Part shown: positions 41,698 through 55,670 of the stretch, one piece after another
How the letters are laid out: every line of letters begins with the position of its first letter
How positions within the stretch are numbered: position 1 is the stretch's first letter
From: Octopus vulgaris
Taxonomy: Eukaryota
Length of the DNA: 64,000 bases
Direction: 5' to 3'
NCBI GenBank assembly: GCA_951406725.2
Contig: OX597814.1
Location: forward strand, 209,188,001-209,252,000
Translations under genes and position numbers: made by a program
The notes under the pieces: model-generated
Seen by the model: only the letters and a program-made list of their open reading frames with translations
The model's database searches: none
Told to the model about the DNA's origin: nothing

Positions 41698-42088
41698 CTA
41701 TCAGTATCGCTCGGCGTTGCTCGGGTTTGTTTCGACCCTTTAGAATTGGAATTTTTGAAAAGTAAAAATTTTGCATTATGTGGCTTGTTATTCTCTTTAA
41801 GTGAACATTTTTCTTGTTGAAATACACCGAAAATGGCGACACGGCAGTCAAAAAATCGTAAAAAATAGGGATTTTCATAGAAAAAAAAGCACCTTTTTGA
41901 TGTAAATAATTTTTGGTGTTAACATGGTCCGATTTGAATTTTTCTTCTACGAAAGGAAGAGCAAGCCTTCTTCTATCATACTCTCAATTTTGGTCAACTT
42001 GCGCCGCAGGGTCTAGAAGGAGATAGTGTTAGTTGAAGGCTACCAAACCTGCCATACACAAACAACTTCAGCTTTATATATAGAGAGA
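41698..42088 (-). mobile_element. Non-autonomous Helitron
   Basis: 5' TC..TATATATAAA, 3' hairpin plus degenerate CTAG shared with the copies below. Confidence 0.7.
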
Positions 42089-42730
42089 TAATACTAATGT
42101 TTTGAATGGTTTCAAAAGTGTGTTGTATTCTTTCATAATTATGTTATATTCAAGTTTGATTACTTAAACAAGGTAATAAAAATCATCTCGACATATTAAA
42201 ATATTATCGTTTAAGTATGTTTTTTTTATAACTTTTTCTACGAAATAGGTTAGTGATTTTGTTTGTTTGTTTATCCATATACAAAGTGAAAAGAACTGAA
42301 AAATGCTAGGCTGAGTTAACCCAGTGAGAAAGTATTTTGTCCACTGATTCTGTTAATTTTAATTTTAAGCGACGATAATAATGAAGCTTCTGAAACATCA
42401 GATAAATTTTTCGTCTTAGTTCTTCTGTGATGGATCTTTCTCACCAATCAACACCACTCTGTTCTGTGCAGAATCAATTGCTCCATCGAGTTATGCACGT
42501 TAGCATGCATTATGGAAACTAGGGTTAGGGTTAGTCCAAACTGATTTGAGATGAATTTCACAATATACTTATCAATTCATTATTATTGGTGGTTAAGTAC
42601 TGATTCACTTTCTGCTGGGACAAATGTCCACACAAAGTCTTCTACAGTATATTTCATGAAAGTTGTCTTTTTTGTTTAACCAAAAAGTCCAGCATCATTT
42701 GCAAGGTGCAGCTGGAATCAGCATCATACA

Positions 42731-43121
42731 TCTTTATATATAAAAGTAAGGTTGTGTGTCTGTCTACTCCGATTTAGACTCCTAACTACTCCCACATTTT
42801 GCGGTGCAGTTTAACCAAAACCGGGTATCTTATAGTCGTGATTCATATCGAGCCCTTCTGGGTATTAGCGCGCGTCTACGATGAGTCTACGATTTTAAAA
42901 ATAATTTACCATCATTTTTTTTCCATTTTAATGCATATTTTTTAATATAAGGGAAGTAACTCTCTAAAAATGTCTACGATGAGTCAACGATTTAAAAAAA
43001 AATTACCATAATTGTTTTTCCATTTTAATGCATTTTTTGCTAGTTTTTGGCTATAACTCTCTAAAAATGCTTTATAGTTATTTCCCTTACAAACCCGAGC
43101 AATGCCGGGCGATACTGCTAG
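42731..43121 (+). mobile_element. Non-autonomous Helitron
   Basis: A|TC start, CCCGAGCAATGCCGGG hairpin, CTAG|T end. Confidence 0.85.
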
Positions 43122-44605
43122 TTAATAATAAAAGATGGAACAAGCAGGGGAAAAGTGGAAATTGTAACGGCTGCGTATCTGAAAGTGTTAATGTTCCAAG
43201 AAACTTGCATAATATTTTGGAAAATACAGACAACAAAGGATTCCTTACATAGCTTTCCACAAAATTTATTGAAATATAGTTCCAAGACCATATATCTGTC
43301 TACGTAATTCGAGTGATAGTCCTCAGTGTAAGAAATAACAATTTCTGTGTGACTAAGTAATTTTGAGAAAGTGGATACCCGTGAACAAGTATATTTTCCT
43401 GCGAGACGATTTTCAGCCATTGACGTGGTTAATATTCTTTTCTATTCTATGCACAAAGCTCGAAATTCTTAGGGAGGGCACCAGTCGATTAGACTTTGTT
43501 AATATTGTAGACACAGATGTTCTAACTATTCTTCTGAGTAATTGTCAACACATCGTTATTGAAAACCCAGAAGTAAGAATCTGGATTTCATTCAAAGCTG
43601 GAAAAGAAATCAAATCAACTCCCATAACCGTACTGCCTCAACTTTAGGAGAGGCTGCATGCAAAACAACTGCACCCATCTCTCTCTCCCTCTCTGTCTGT
43701 CTCCTTCTTTTGTGTCTCCTCTAGATCAAACAGCTTTGAAGTTTAAGGGAATGTGATTTCAAAACGAAAGAAAATGTTTAACACCTCATCGAAGTATGCA
43801 GCTGCCGCCATCACTTTAAGTTTTTAAATTTTAAGGTGTTAAGTGTGCTTGGCACTGTATATTTCAAGTGAGCAAATGATATGAATTAATTCCACTAACA
43901 TAGTTATCTGAAAAAATATTTTTATTCATATCTCAGTGACATTTCGGTTGGAATAGCGACTCTGCGGCTACTCAAAGGGCTACTACGTACAATAGCCGCC
44001 AAAACGTAATATTACAGAAGGATTTTGATCAACAACACCGTGAATAAAATTGTTCCAAAATTAACAATAGCATATGAATATGAATATGGAAGAAAAGAAA
44101 ATCAAGCATGACATAAAATTGTGCATGCAGAGAAAATATGTGGCCACGAAAAAAAAAAAAATAAATACCTGATAAGGACAAATGAATAAGTCAAATGAAA
44201 AGCTATTTCTAGCACGTCAAGAACAGACGATGGAGTGGAAAACTGCGACGGTTTTGACAAAGGCGACGATTTTGACAAAGGCAAAAAAAAAGAACTTTGT
44301 TGTGCTAAATAAAGCAGAATGGATGAAAATGAGAATACTGTGAGGACAATGCTATTAGTTTGGTTTGTTGATAAATGGTTATGATATATCATGCGTTGCT
44401 TCGATCCAAATGCACGGATCAGATGAAATCTGTTACAAGATGATACTGTACTGTTGGCTCGAACGATAACGGTAAAGCTCTCCATCTCTCGGATTCAGAA
44501 GAAACTCGTGAGCTGTAACGGGTTACTTCTGAATAGAACTGTTCAGTACATTCTAGTCAGATCGCTTTCAAAGGAACGCTTGAGAGAATTGTCAAAACTG
44601 ACGAA

Positions 44606-44872
44606 CCACCACCACCACCACCACCACCACCACCACCACCACCACCACCACCACCACCACCACCACCACCACCACCACCACCACCACCACCACCACCACC
44701 ACCACCACTACCACCACCACTACCACCACCACTACCACTACCACCACCACCACCACTACCACCACCACCACCACCACCACCACCACCACCACCACTGCCA
44801 CAACCACCACCACCACTACCACCACCACCACCACCACCCCCACTACCACCACCAGCACCGCCACCACCACCA
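44606..44872. repeat. (CCA)n microsatellite
   Basis: Direct. Confidence 0.95.
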
Positions 44873-45095
44873 CCTATTTCTTTACTACCCACAAGGGGCT
44901 AAACACAGAGGGGACAGACAAACGGATTAAGTCGATTATATCGACCCCGGTGCGTAACTGGTACTTATTTAATCGACCCCGAAAGGATGAAAGGCAAAGT
45001 CGACCTCGGCGGAATTTGAACGCAGAATGTAACGGCAGACGAAATGCGGCTAGGCATTTCGCCTGGCGTGCTAACATTTCTGCCAGCTCGCCGCC
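44872..45095 (-). mobile_element. SINE family A
   Basis: Full copy inside (CCA)n. Confidence 0.92.
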
Positions 45096-45547
45096 ACCAC
45101 CACTACTGCCACTGCTGCAGCCACCACCACCACCACCACCACCACCGCCGCCGCCGCCGCCGCCGCTGCCGCATAACAAACTTTCATTAACTTTGTAATC
45201 CGTGGTTTTATTCCTTCTGTATTAATACCAGCCTAAAAACTAATTTGTTTATTGTTTTCCTTCTTTTGCACGTGGCTGGCTTTCTTAATAACCAGAAGAA
45301 TTTGGTATGTTTTTCTTAAATATTTGTCTAGATCCTGTTGTACACGCTTTCTGAGAGAAAACTTCATATCCGATACCTTAAGCCTCACAAGAACTTAACC
45401 AATTTTTCCCGTCCGTGTGATTTGGACAAATAAAGAGTGAGATTATCCTAGAATCATTCTTAATCTCTTTTCTTATTTCGCCTTTCATTTTAGATCCTCA
45501 TTCGTATCTTACTCGTTTTTCTAGTTTTGCTGGTTTTTATTGTATTT

Positions 45548-45638
45548 TTCTTCTTCTTCTTCTTCTTCTTCTTCTTCTTCTTCTTCTTCTTCTTCTTCTT
45601 CTTCTTCTTCTTCTTCTTCTTCTTCGTCTTGTTCTTCG

Positions 45639-45673
<35 letters not shown>

Positions 45674-45797
45674 TTCTTCTTGTTCTTCTTCGTCTTGTTG
45701 TTGTTGTTCTTCTTCTTCTTGTTCTTCTTGTTCTTCGTCTTGTTGTTGTTGTTGTTGTTATTGTTGTTCTTGTTCTTGCTCTTCTTCTTTTTCTTCT

Positions 45798-45828
<31 letters not shown>

Positions 45829-46105
45829 GTTCTTCTTCGTCTTGTTGTTGTTGTTCTTCTTCTTCTTGTTCTTCTTGTTCTTCGTCTTGTTGTTGTTGTT
45901 GTTGTTATTGTTGTTCTTGTTCTTGCTCTTCTTCTTTTTCTTCTTCTTCTTCTTCTTCTTCTTCTTCTTTTTCTTCTTTTTCTTCTTCTTCTTCTTCTTC
46001 TTCTTCTTCTTTTTCTTCTTCTTCTTCTTTGTCGTCGTCATTGTCGTCATCATCATCACGATCTTTTTATTCATAATGATGATGATAATGGTGTTGTCGT
46101 TGCTG

Positions 46106-46136
<31 letters not shown>

Positions 46137-46180
46137 TGACGATGCCGAGGTTGATGAAGATGATGACGATGAAGTCAGTA
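45548..46180. repeat. (CTT/GTT/GAT)n compound repeat with an internal ~147-bp duplication
   Basis: Direct. Confidence 0.92.
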
Positions 46181-47252
46181 TTGTTATTACTGGGTGATGA
46201 CGAAGTAAAGCATAGGAGTGAACACTTCAGAGCATTTAGCTTTGCCCTTCTTGCTTGTAAGTTCAAATCATGTGGTTTCTGAGTTCAAATCCAAGTGCAG
46301 TCGTGGTTATCTTTCATTGCGTGGGTGTCAATAAAATGAGTACTAGAAGTATGAAAATATAGACAAATACCCTGAAAACTTTAAAAAGATAGATCGCTGG
46401 GTTATCACAAAGAAACCTACGTCATCAAGTAATATATTAAGGGTCAGTTAGTCTATTTCTCTATTGCAAAGGACCAGAAATGAATAATAAAAATGAATAA
46501 TGAATAATAAAAATGAATAAGGACCTTATAATGAATAAGTACATCGACAGGGCTCAGTCGATTATTGAACGTACTTGATACACCGAGAGTTTCCCGAGAC
46601 ACTTCTTAGTATCATTCCACAATGCACGTATACCATCAATATACTGGGGTTCGATGTAGTCGAGTGTACAATCAAGTGTAAATGTCAGTTTTATAACTGT
46701 GTAATAAGATCACAGTAGGAACAAGAATCTCAGTGAGGCGATATCGTATCAGTGATTTTAACATTGTTTATTTGAGCGAAGTCATTATCTAAATCTGTAT
46801 GGTGTCTAAAGAACTGTATCGTGATTAATTCAAACATAAACTGGAGTAATCATGCTGAAAAAAAATATATGGTGGGCAGCAGATGTATTGTCTGAATTAA
46901 AGAAAAGCTAAAAATATTGACCTTGTAACAAGAAAGATAAATGAATAAAATAAAAACGAAAAGAAAACTTAATGTAAGTGAAGAAATATTCTTTCTTTAC
47001 TTATGCACAAATCTTTTCAATTTATGAATTTATAAGCATTACTCCACCCCGATTGCACTGCAAACTCAGCTCAACTAATCAAGCTGGTTTCTTACCTTCT
47101 CCACCTCCCAGTCCCCACAACCCTACCGCACTTCACAATCCCAACCCGAACCTCAATACTAATTTAGTTTATAAATATTTAAACCCCGTGAAACACTGCG
47201 CCACCTAAACTGCCCGCGCCACCTATCTAAAGCATGGTATTAATGCATAATA

Positions 47253-47488
47253 AGGCGGCGAGCTGGCAGAAACGTCAGCACGCCGGGCGAAATGCGTAGC
47301 CGTATTTCGTCTGCCGTTACGTTCTGAGTTCAAAAATTCCGCCGAGGTAGACTTTGCCTTTCGTCCTTTCGGGGTCGATAAATTAAGTACCAGTTACGCA
47401 CTGGGGTCGATATAATCGACTTAATCCGTCTGTCTGTCCTTGTTTGTCTCCTCTGTGTTTAGCCCCTTGTGGGTAGTAAAGAAATAGG
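47253..47488 (+). mobile_element. SINE family A
   Basis: TSD GGTATTAATGCATAATA. Confidence 0.93.
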
Positions 47489-47998
47489 TATTAATGCATA
47501 ATAGCACAGCAAAAAAACAAACAAAAAACAAACAAACAAGCAAAAAACACAATATACAAAAATCAATCCCTATAACTACCCAAATCCTGTTCCCCTTTCC
47601 TCCGTATGCACTATACCAATGATCCCCTCACCATAACATCTACAATACAAGAGCTGCGAATGCTCTATAATATACAAGACTAAAATAATTTACAAAAGTG
47701 ATCCTTATATATAACTTACATGCATAACCTTTGCGATAATTGATAAAATGAATTATCGCGGCAGACCACACAAGTTTACGCATTAGTAAGAATCAATATA
47801 ATGGCATTGCTACATGTACAGGGCGTCACCACTAAACACACAATTGTGCAAATGCTGTTACACTGACACCATATTCCAAAATACTTCATCTTAGTACGCC
47901 TGATCTAAAATGAAATGTAACAGTACCGTTTACTGAATATAATAGGAATATAAACAGAATACATTTAAGGTTTGCTTTATAAAAATTGCGTATGCATA

Positions 47999-48395
47999 TC
48001 TTTATATATAAAAGTCAAGTTGTGTGTCTGTCTCCTACGATTTAGATTCCTAACTACTCCCACATTTTGCGGGGCAGTTTAACCAAAACCGGGTATCTTA
48101 TAGTCGTGATTCATATCGAGCCCTTCTGGGTATTAGCGCGTGTCTACGATGAGTCTACGATTTAAAAAAAAAATTACCATCATTTTTTTCCATTTTAATG
48201 CATTTTTTCGCTATTATATAAGGGAAGTAACTCTCTAAAAATGTCTACGATGAGTCAACGATTTTAAAACAAAATTACCATCATTTTTTTTCCATTTTTA
48301 ATGCATTTTTTTGCTATTTTTTGCTATAACTCTCTAAAAATGCTTATATAGTTATTTCCCTTACAAACCCGAGCAACGCCGGGCGATACTGCTAG
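47999..48395 (+). mobile_element. Non-autonomous Helitron
   Basis: Near-identical to 42731-43121. Confidence 0.87.
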
Positions 48396-48606
48396 TTTAT
48401 ATTAACAATGGGCAAAGAATGGCCCTGAAAGCAACTTCACAACGTACCTCGCTCCATCTTTAACCGTGATATATATATCCACTGTACAGCGCAACGTAAT
48501 GTTTGTTCTATTCGCAATAACCTATTAAGTATATTGAAGTGACACGGTGAGATACCAGAAGATATTAAAAGATAATGAAGATGTTTGAATGTTTACGCCA
48601 TATGTA

Positions 48607-48838
48607 AGGCGGTGAGCTGGCAGACATGTTAGCGCGCCGGGCGAAATGCTTAGCGGTATTTCGTCTGTCGTTACGTTCTGAGTTCAAATTCCGCCAAGGT
48701 CAACTTTGCCTTTCATCCTTTCGGGGTCGATAAATAAAGTACCAGTTTCGCCCTGGGGGCGATATAATCGACTCAATCCCTTCGTCTGTCCTTGTTTGTC
48801 CCCTCTATGTTTAGCCCCTTCTGGGCAGTAAAGAAATA
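48607..48838 (+). mobile_element. SINE family A
   Basis: Full copy. Confidence 0.92.
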
Positions 48839-49721
48839 TATATTGAAGTGACACTATGACAACCTAATTAGTGATCGTACTGTATAGGCAATATCTGAAC
48901 ACACCATACACACAATGGTCGACCGGGAAACATAAACGAGCATCTACGAGACAGGTATATTGCATAGACAAAGTAAAAACAGTAATATGTACAAAAAAAT
49001 GTATGAAAGTACAAATATATGAAATTATATGCGTGCATTTTTTCACCTAGATGATCGTTTTTTCCTAAACTTACAACACTTCTCCCCAAATATGTACACT
49101 GTATGTGTGTCATCTTAATTCTAGACTGTACTAAATTCGTCGTTAGGGCATCAAGTTGATATCCGATACAAGAGACGATGCGTTCAACCGCACATTGCAA
49201 TACCTGAAATACATGTACATCTATTTAGTCACATTTATTTTTATGTACTGTATAGATTCATATGCATTATTTATTCCCACTTAATGCATGTATATAAGTA
49301 CACTGTGTAGGGTTGCGTGCATAGATATACAAAACCGGAAAATGCACACATGAGCTAATGCGACAATATACTACCGATATGTTTGAGCACAAATTTTTCA
49401 CTAGACACTCAACCAATACTACAATCCCTGAATTACTTATGTATGTATGTATGTATGTATGTATGTATGTATGTATGTTCTGTATTTGCCATTAATTTAT
49501 GGTTGCTGACATACATCTCGCATCATCCGTAATCTTATGAAATTCCATAGCACTCTCGCCATTTAAATTACAGAGTCGTCAACCATTATCCATCCTCCGA
49601 CTGAATAATTGCGATTATATTCACACGAAACCTATGGTATCGAACAACTGAATTCTATTAAAGGAAATTATTTATCCACCGACGCGGTGTTAAGATCTTA
49701 TTTTTCCAGTTCGTCATTAAC

Positions 49722-49756
<35 letters not shown>

Positions 49757-49799
49757 TATATACACACCCACGCACACATATATGTAGGTATATATATAT

Positions 49800-50217
49800 T
49801 CTCTTTTCTCTTTTCTCATTTACCTGTTTCAGTCATTTGACTGCGGCCATGCTGGAGCACCGCCTTTTAGTCGAACAACTCGACCCCGGGACTTATTCTT
49901 TGTAAGCCCAGTACTTATTCTATCGGTCTCTTTTGCTGAACCGCTAAGTGACGGGGACGTAAACACACCAGCATCGGTTGTCGAGGAATGCTAGGGGGAC
50001 AAACACAGACACACAAACATATACGCACACATACATATATATATATACATATATACGACGGGCTTCTTTCAGTTTCCGTCTACCAAATCCACTCACAAGG
50101 CTTTGGTCGGCCCGAGGCTATAGTAGAAGACACTTGCCGAAGATGCCACGCAGTGGGACTGAACCTGGAATCATGTGGTTGGTAAGCAAGCTACTTTCCA
50201 CACAGCCACTCCTGCGC
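49800..50217 (-). mobile_element. SINE family B
   Basis: Full reverse copy. Confidence 0.93.
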
Positions 50218-50222
50218 CGTGT

Positions 50223-50420
50223 GTACCGTTGGCGATTTTTTCCTCTGTCTTCCCTTCTCTGGATTTTTCCTTCCCCTATGTTTCCGACGAAGAGCTCCGC
50301 TCGAAACGTTAAGCCCTCCTTCTTTCCTTCTTTCCTGAGCGTCCAATAATACTATATTTGTTCCACGTCCTCGCGTTGTTGTGTTTTTTTTTTGTGCTTT
50401 CTTGTTTGGATTAACTTTAT
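50223..50420 (+). mobile_element. Short HHR-bearing element ending in (TA)n
   Basis: HHR GTTT-CCGACGA-a-GAGC-TCC-GCTC-GAAA-CGTT-AAGC at 50280-50314; sister copy at 61422-61630. Confidence 0.75.
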
Positions 50421-50633
50421 ATATATATATATATGCTTGTCCATTTATGCTCTTAGCTTAGTTTTTTTTCTTGGGGCTGGTCAGATTGGAGCAATTTCAA
50501 GATTAACCAGCCGAAATTGCGAGGATGATCCGGTTCTTGACTGAAGATTAGAGGCTTCGAATGACTCGTCCGCGTTTTTTGTATCGTCTATTTGGATGTT
50601 TTGCGTTCTTGTCCCATTTTGTATTTATATATG

Positions 50634-50835
50634 TATTTATATATATACCAATTAAGGACTGAACACGAAAAGTGGACAGTCAACATGCTAGATATAGACG
50701 TCAAATCGCCATTCACCACAAAAGATTTTGATCTGAGAACATAATCTTTTGTGGTGAATGGCGATTTGACGTCTATATCTAGCATGTTGACTGTCTACTT
50801 TTCGTGTTCAGTCCTTAATTGGTATATATAAATAT
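50634..50835. repeat. Fold-back palindrome (~90-bp arms)
   Basis: 50634-50727 vs 50743-50835. Confidence 0.93.
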
Positions 50836-50915
50836 TTTAATCTTCGGATTCTTTTTTAATATGCTAGACCACTGGTCTTAATTGATAAATATCAATTTCT
50901 ACCCTTAATTAATTG

Positions 50916-50957
<42 letters not shown>

Positions 50958-51608
50958 CACTCACAGACACACATTTACTTTAATTACCAGTATATGTGTT
51001 AGTCTTACAATTATATAAATTGGATATGTATATGCTTACATACATATACACGCTATCTTATTAACACCTATTAAAAAAAAAGTACAGAGAAAGCAGCACA
51101 AGACAAAGACAAATGTGATCATGGAAGTACAAGTAGTTATACGCGCGAAGAAATATTTCTAAAATTGCTGTAAATGTTCAATTACAAACTGCGGTAAATA
51201 TTCGAGCAATAGCTTATTTTACCGCTTCCAAATGATGATCATCATCATGGTCGTTGCCATCGTCATCCTCATCAGTTGTCACTTTCAAGTGATGCGATAT
51301 TACTGTACGACTTATATTAAGAAAATAGGTTTCTCCAAAGACGACGAATTTTTTTTTTTTCCAATTTCCTTTATTTCGTGTAAAGGCGACAGTTTGTTGT
51401 TGTTACTTTCGTCTTTTCTTGTTTTCTGTTTACTAATCTACGATGGTAAGAACTGGAGTGAAGAAACATACTTAAAATTCCAACGCCCCACCACCTCAAA
51501 AGAATCATAATATGAAACGAAAATTGTGAGATCTCAAAGAAAATAGTAAAGAATAATATATATATATATATGTATGTATGTGTGTTTTTGTCTGTGTGCA
51601 CGAGTGTC

Positions 51609-51709
<101 letters not shown>

Positions 51710-52163
51710 ATTCGTACTCAATTCAACATTGTCAGTTTTTATCGCTCTATATCTAAATACCTACTGTGTAGCTACTTAGGTTTTGTTAAGACTTCAATAA
51801 AATAGATGGCAGCGTTATGAATATAATAACACATGCCAAAAAAAAAAAATCTACTGTTCGATAAGAATTTCGCCTGAGTTAAGAAAGTTTGACAAGAGAT
51901 GTAGATATATGTAGAAGGGATGATATGAAAGCGTAGATGTACGCGTCTTAAGTGTACTATCTAATGAATTTACTATTACTGATTTTAGTCCCTACAGTGA
52001 CAACATATATATCTTAACTAAAAGTACTAATGGCCACGCGTTAGATAAATTTAGGAAGGATAGCATCGATCAGTTTAGTAGTTTCGGTCTTAAAACAATT
52101 ACAAACCATTTGGGAAACTCAGTGAAAAACTACAAAGTAAGCCAAGATCTTAGTTTAGAATTC

Positions 52164-52221
52164 CGGCTGTATCTGGCTGATGAGACACAACATGTCAAAA
52201 TACCGGTGTCCCAGGATGCCG
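52164..52221 (+). ncRNA. Type-I hammerhead ribozyme, canonical except G12A
   Basis: CTGG-CTGATGA-GACA(CAACA)TGTC-AAAA-TA(CCGG)TG-TC-CCAG; extended stem I. Confidence 0.75.
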
Positions 52222-52477
52222 TGCGCTTATCAGCCGAGTGTGTTGAACGCGCTGTCGTCACAAAAGGGGGAAGTTATTTTCCTTTGACTTATACCACAGC
52301 GACCAGCATATTTTGCTTTGACGTGTTAAAAAATCAATATGCATTTAATCGTTTCAATGAAAAGCTATCTCATATTAACGTAGGTTCATGTTACTTTCTG
52401 CAGTTATCAAGGACCACGTGAATAGTATTAACAGAAGTATCTCTAGCCAGTTCTCCAATGATTACACAAGGCAGAAT

Positions 52478-52840
52478 GGCGGCGAGCTGGCAGAGACGTT
52501 ATCACGCCGGGCGAAGTGCTTCGCGGTATTTTGCTACGTTCTGAGTTCAAATTCCGCCGAGGTCGACTTTGCCTTTCATTCTTTCGGGGTCGATAAATTA
52601 AGTACCAGTTGCGTACTGGGGTCGATCTAATCGACTGGCCCTCTCTCCCAAAATTTCGGGCCTTGTGCCTAGAGTAGAAAAGAATATAATGTCTGGCCTA
52701 TTCGCATCTGTCTTTCATCCTTTCGGGGTCGATAAATAAAGGACCAGTTACGCACTGGGGTCGATGTAATCAACTTAATCCCTTTGTCTGTCCTTCTTTG
52801 TCCCTTCTGTGTTTAGCCCCTTGTGGGTAATAAAGAAACG
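52478..52840 (+). mobile_element. Composite SINE family A dimer
   Basis: Variant-tailed copy plus a 3' half, within a single TSD GATTACACAAGGC. Confidence 0.85.
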
Positions 52841-53133
52841 GATTACACAAGGCGGATACCAGTAATAAAACTTTACGAACCAGCAGATTCAAAGAAGAAA
52901 TTATCAACTCATCTGAAATTTTGTACTGCCACACCCCAAAATAAGGCGCTGTAATATCATTAGTTCACGTCCATTTTCCAATTTAGCAAGATAATTCCTT
53001 ACTCTTAGACATTGGTTTGTTACAAGCCCGAACACTCATAAGGCCGTAAATTAACTTGGTTTCCGTGGCATGTAAATGACTGAGATCACAACACTACACA
53101 GTTAACGAGACGCTGGTGTGTCGCAGGGTTTAA

Positions 53134-53369
53134 AGGCGGCGAGCTGGCAGAAACGTTAGCACGCCGGGCGAAATGCGTAGCCTTATTTCGTCTGCCGTTA
53201 CATTCTGAGTTCAAATTCCGCCGAGGTCGACGTTGCCTTTCATCCTCTCGGGGTCGATAAATTAAGTACCAGTTTCGCACTGGGGTCGATATAATCGACT
53301 TAATCTGTTTGTCTGTCCTTGTTTGTCCCCTCTATGTTTAACCCCTTGTGGGTAGTAAAGAAATAGGTA
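53134..53369 (+). mobile_element. SINE family A
   Basis: TSD TGTCG(C/T)AGGGTT. Confidence 0.92.
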
Positions 53370-53725
53370 TGTCGTAGGGTTGGAACTCATTGCTGGAACT
53401 CATTTACGTGTGAGTGAACTGGAACAACGCGAAATGAATTGTTTTGCATAAGAGTGTCGATACAGTCGACCAAAAAATATTGAAGGTGGTGCCCCAGCAT
53501 GGCCGCAGTCTAATAACTGCAACAGGTAAAAATAAAAACAAATTCTGGCGTCGATACGTTCAACTAAAAATTCTTCAAGAAGTAAAATGTGAAAAAACCC
53601 CCCAAAAAACGAAGAATATAACCGTTGGGCTTTGTCCACTTTCCCACTTCAATTATGGAACTTTTGTCCAAGGGGCTTTTGTCCTACACTCATATATATA
53701 TATATATATATATAATCATGCCATG

Positions 53726-53777
<52 letters not shown>

Positions 53778-54382
53778 ATATTTATATACATATATATGAT
53801 GTATATTTGTATACATATATACTTATATATATACATATATATATATATATATAATATATATTACACACATAATATATATATTTGTGTATGTCTATGTGTG
53901 TGTATATTTGTGTATGCATGTATGTATGTTTGTGTGGCATATATTTGTATTCCGATATTAAATGTACGCGTCAACGTAAGCCACTTTTTCGGTCTTCGTT
54001 CGTTCTTCGCCGTTAAAATATGAGTTTTAAGATCAAGTAATAATAATTCAATGAACTTTGAACATATTTGATTTTTTTTTTCACACATTTTTTTTTTTTC
54101 TCTCTCCCATATTACCTCTTCTAAAGTTTAAAAAAAAACAAAAACAAAAACAAATTTTCTAGAAATAGTTGATTTGAGTTGTGTTTTGTGTTGTAGGGAC
54201 AATCATAATGGTGGAAATAATTTTATTTCCTCTTCGGAGTTATTATTCACTCACCGGAAGATCTTGTTCAAGTGAGTTATTATACACTGATCCACATGCT
54301 TGAAGAACTATTACACTTCACTTAATTCGCTAATGCTTTTGGGAAAAAGAACGAATGCAAACCAATGCTTCCACTTGGGTAG

Positions 54383-54398
54383 GCTACTACTACTACTA

Positions 54399-54463
<65 letters not shown>

Positions 54464-54543
54464 CACCACCACCACCACCACCACTACCACTACTAATACT
54501 GCTGCTGCTGCTACTGCTGTTGTTACTACTACTGCTGCTGTTG

Positions 54544-54619
<76 letters not shown>

Positions 54620-54678
54620 CACCACCACTACTAATACTGCTGCTGCTGGTACTGCTGTTGCTACTACTGCTGCTCTTG

Positions 54679-54724
<46 letters not shown>

Positions 54725-54792
54725 CACCACCACCACCACCACCACTACCACTACTAATAATGCTGCTGCTGCTACTGCTGTTGCTACTACTG

Positions 54793-54847
<55 letters not shown>

Positions 54848-54903
54848 CACCACCACCACCACTACTAATAATGCTGCTGCTGTTGCTACTACTGCTGCTC
54901 TTG

Positions 54904-54937
<34 letters not shown>

Positions 54938-55187
54938 CACCACCACCACTACCACTACTAATACTGCTGCTGCTGCTACTGCTGTTGTTACTACTACTGC
55001 TGTTGCTACTACTACCACCACTACCACCACCACCCACCACCACCACCACTAATAATGCTGCTCCTGCTGTTGCTACTACTGCTGCTGTTGCTACTACTAA
55101 TACTACTACTACTACTACCACCACCACCACCACCACCACCACCACTAATAATGCTGCTCCTGCTGTTGCTACTACTGCTGCTGTTGC

Positions 55188-55223
<36 letters not shown>

Positions 55224-55291
55224 CACCACCACCACCACCACTACCACTACTAATAATGCTACTGCTGTTGCTACTACTGCTGCTGTTGCTG

Positions 55292-55339
<48 letters not shown>

Positions 55340-55389
55340 ATACTGCTGCTGCTGCTACTGCTGTTGCTACTACTACTACTACTACCACC

Positions 55390-55476
<87 letters not shown>
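54383..55476. repeat. Higher-order (ACT/ACC/GCT/GTT) trinucleotide minisatellite
   Basis: Recurring ACTAATA(C/A)TGCTGCT...GCTGTTG(CTA)n(CCA)n units. Confidence 0.93.
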
Positions 55477-55477
<1 letters not shown>

Positions 55478-55609
55478 ATGTTAGACGTAAAGTTGTTCAG
55501 ACGGGAAAACAATATTCTTGGTTTTGAATTAATTTTAGTCATCTAACACTTAATAGATGGTTCACATACATACACACTCACACACGTGCGCGAACGAATG
55601 CACACATGC

Positions 55610-55638
55610 ATGCATGCATACATACATACATACATACA

Positions 55639-55670
<32 letters not shown>

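Noticed and set aside
42520-42534. Telomeric TTAGGG array
   Set aside because: Only about two units
44454-44930. Poly-His or poly-Gly protein
   Set aside because: (CCA)n microsatellite running into a SINE
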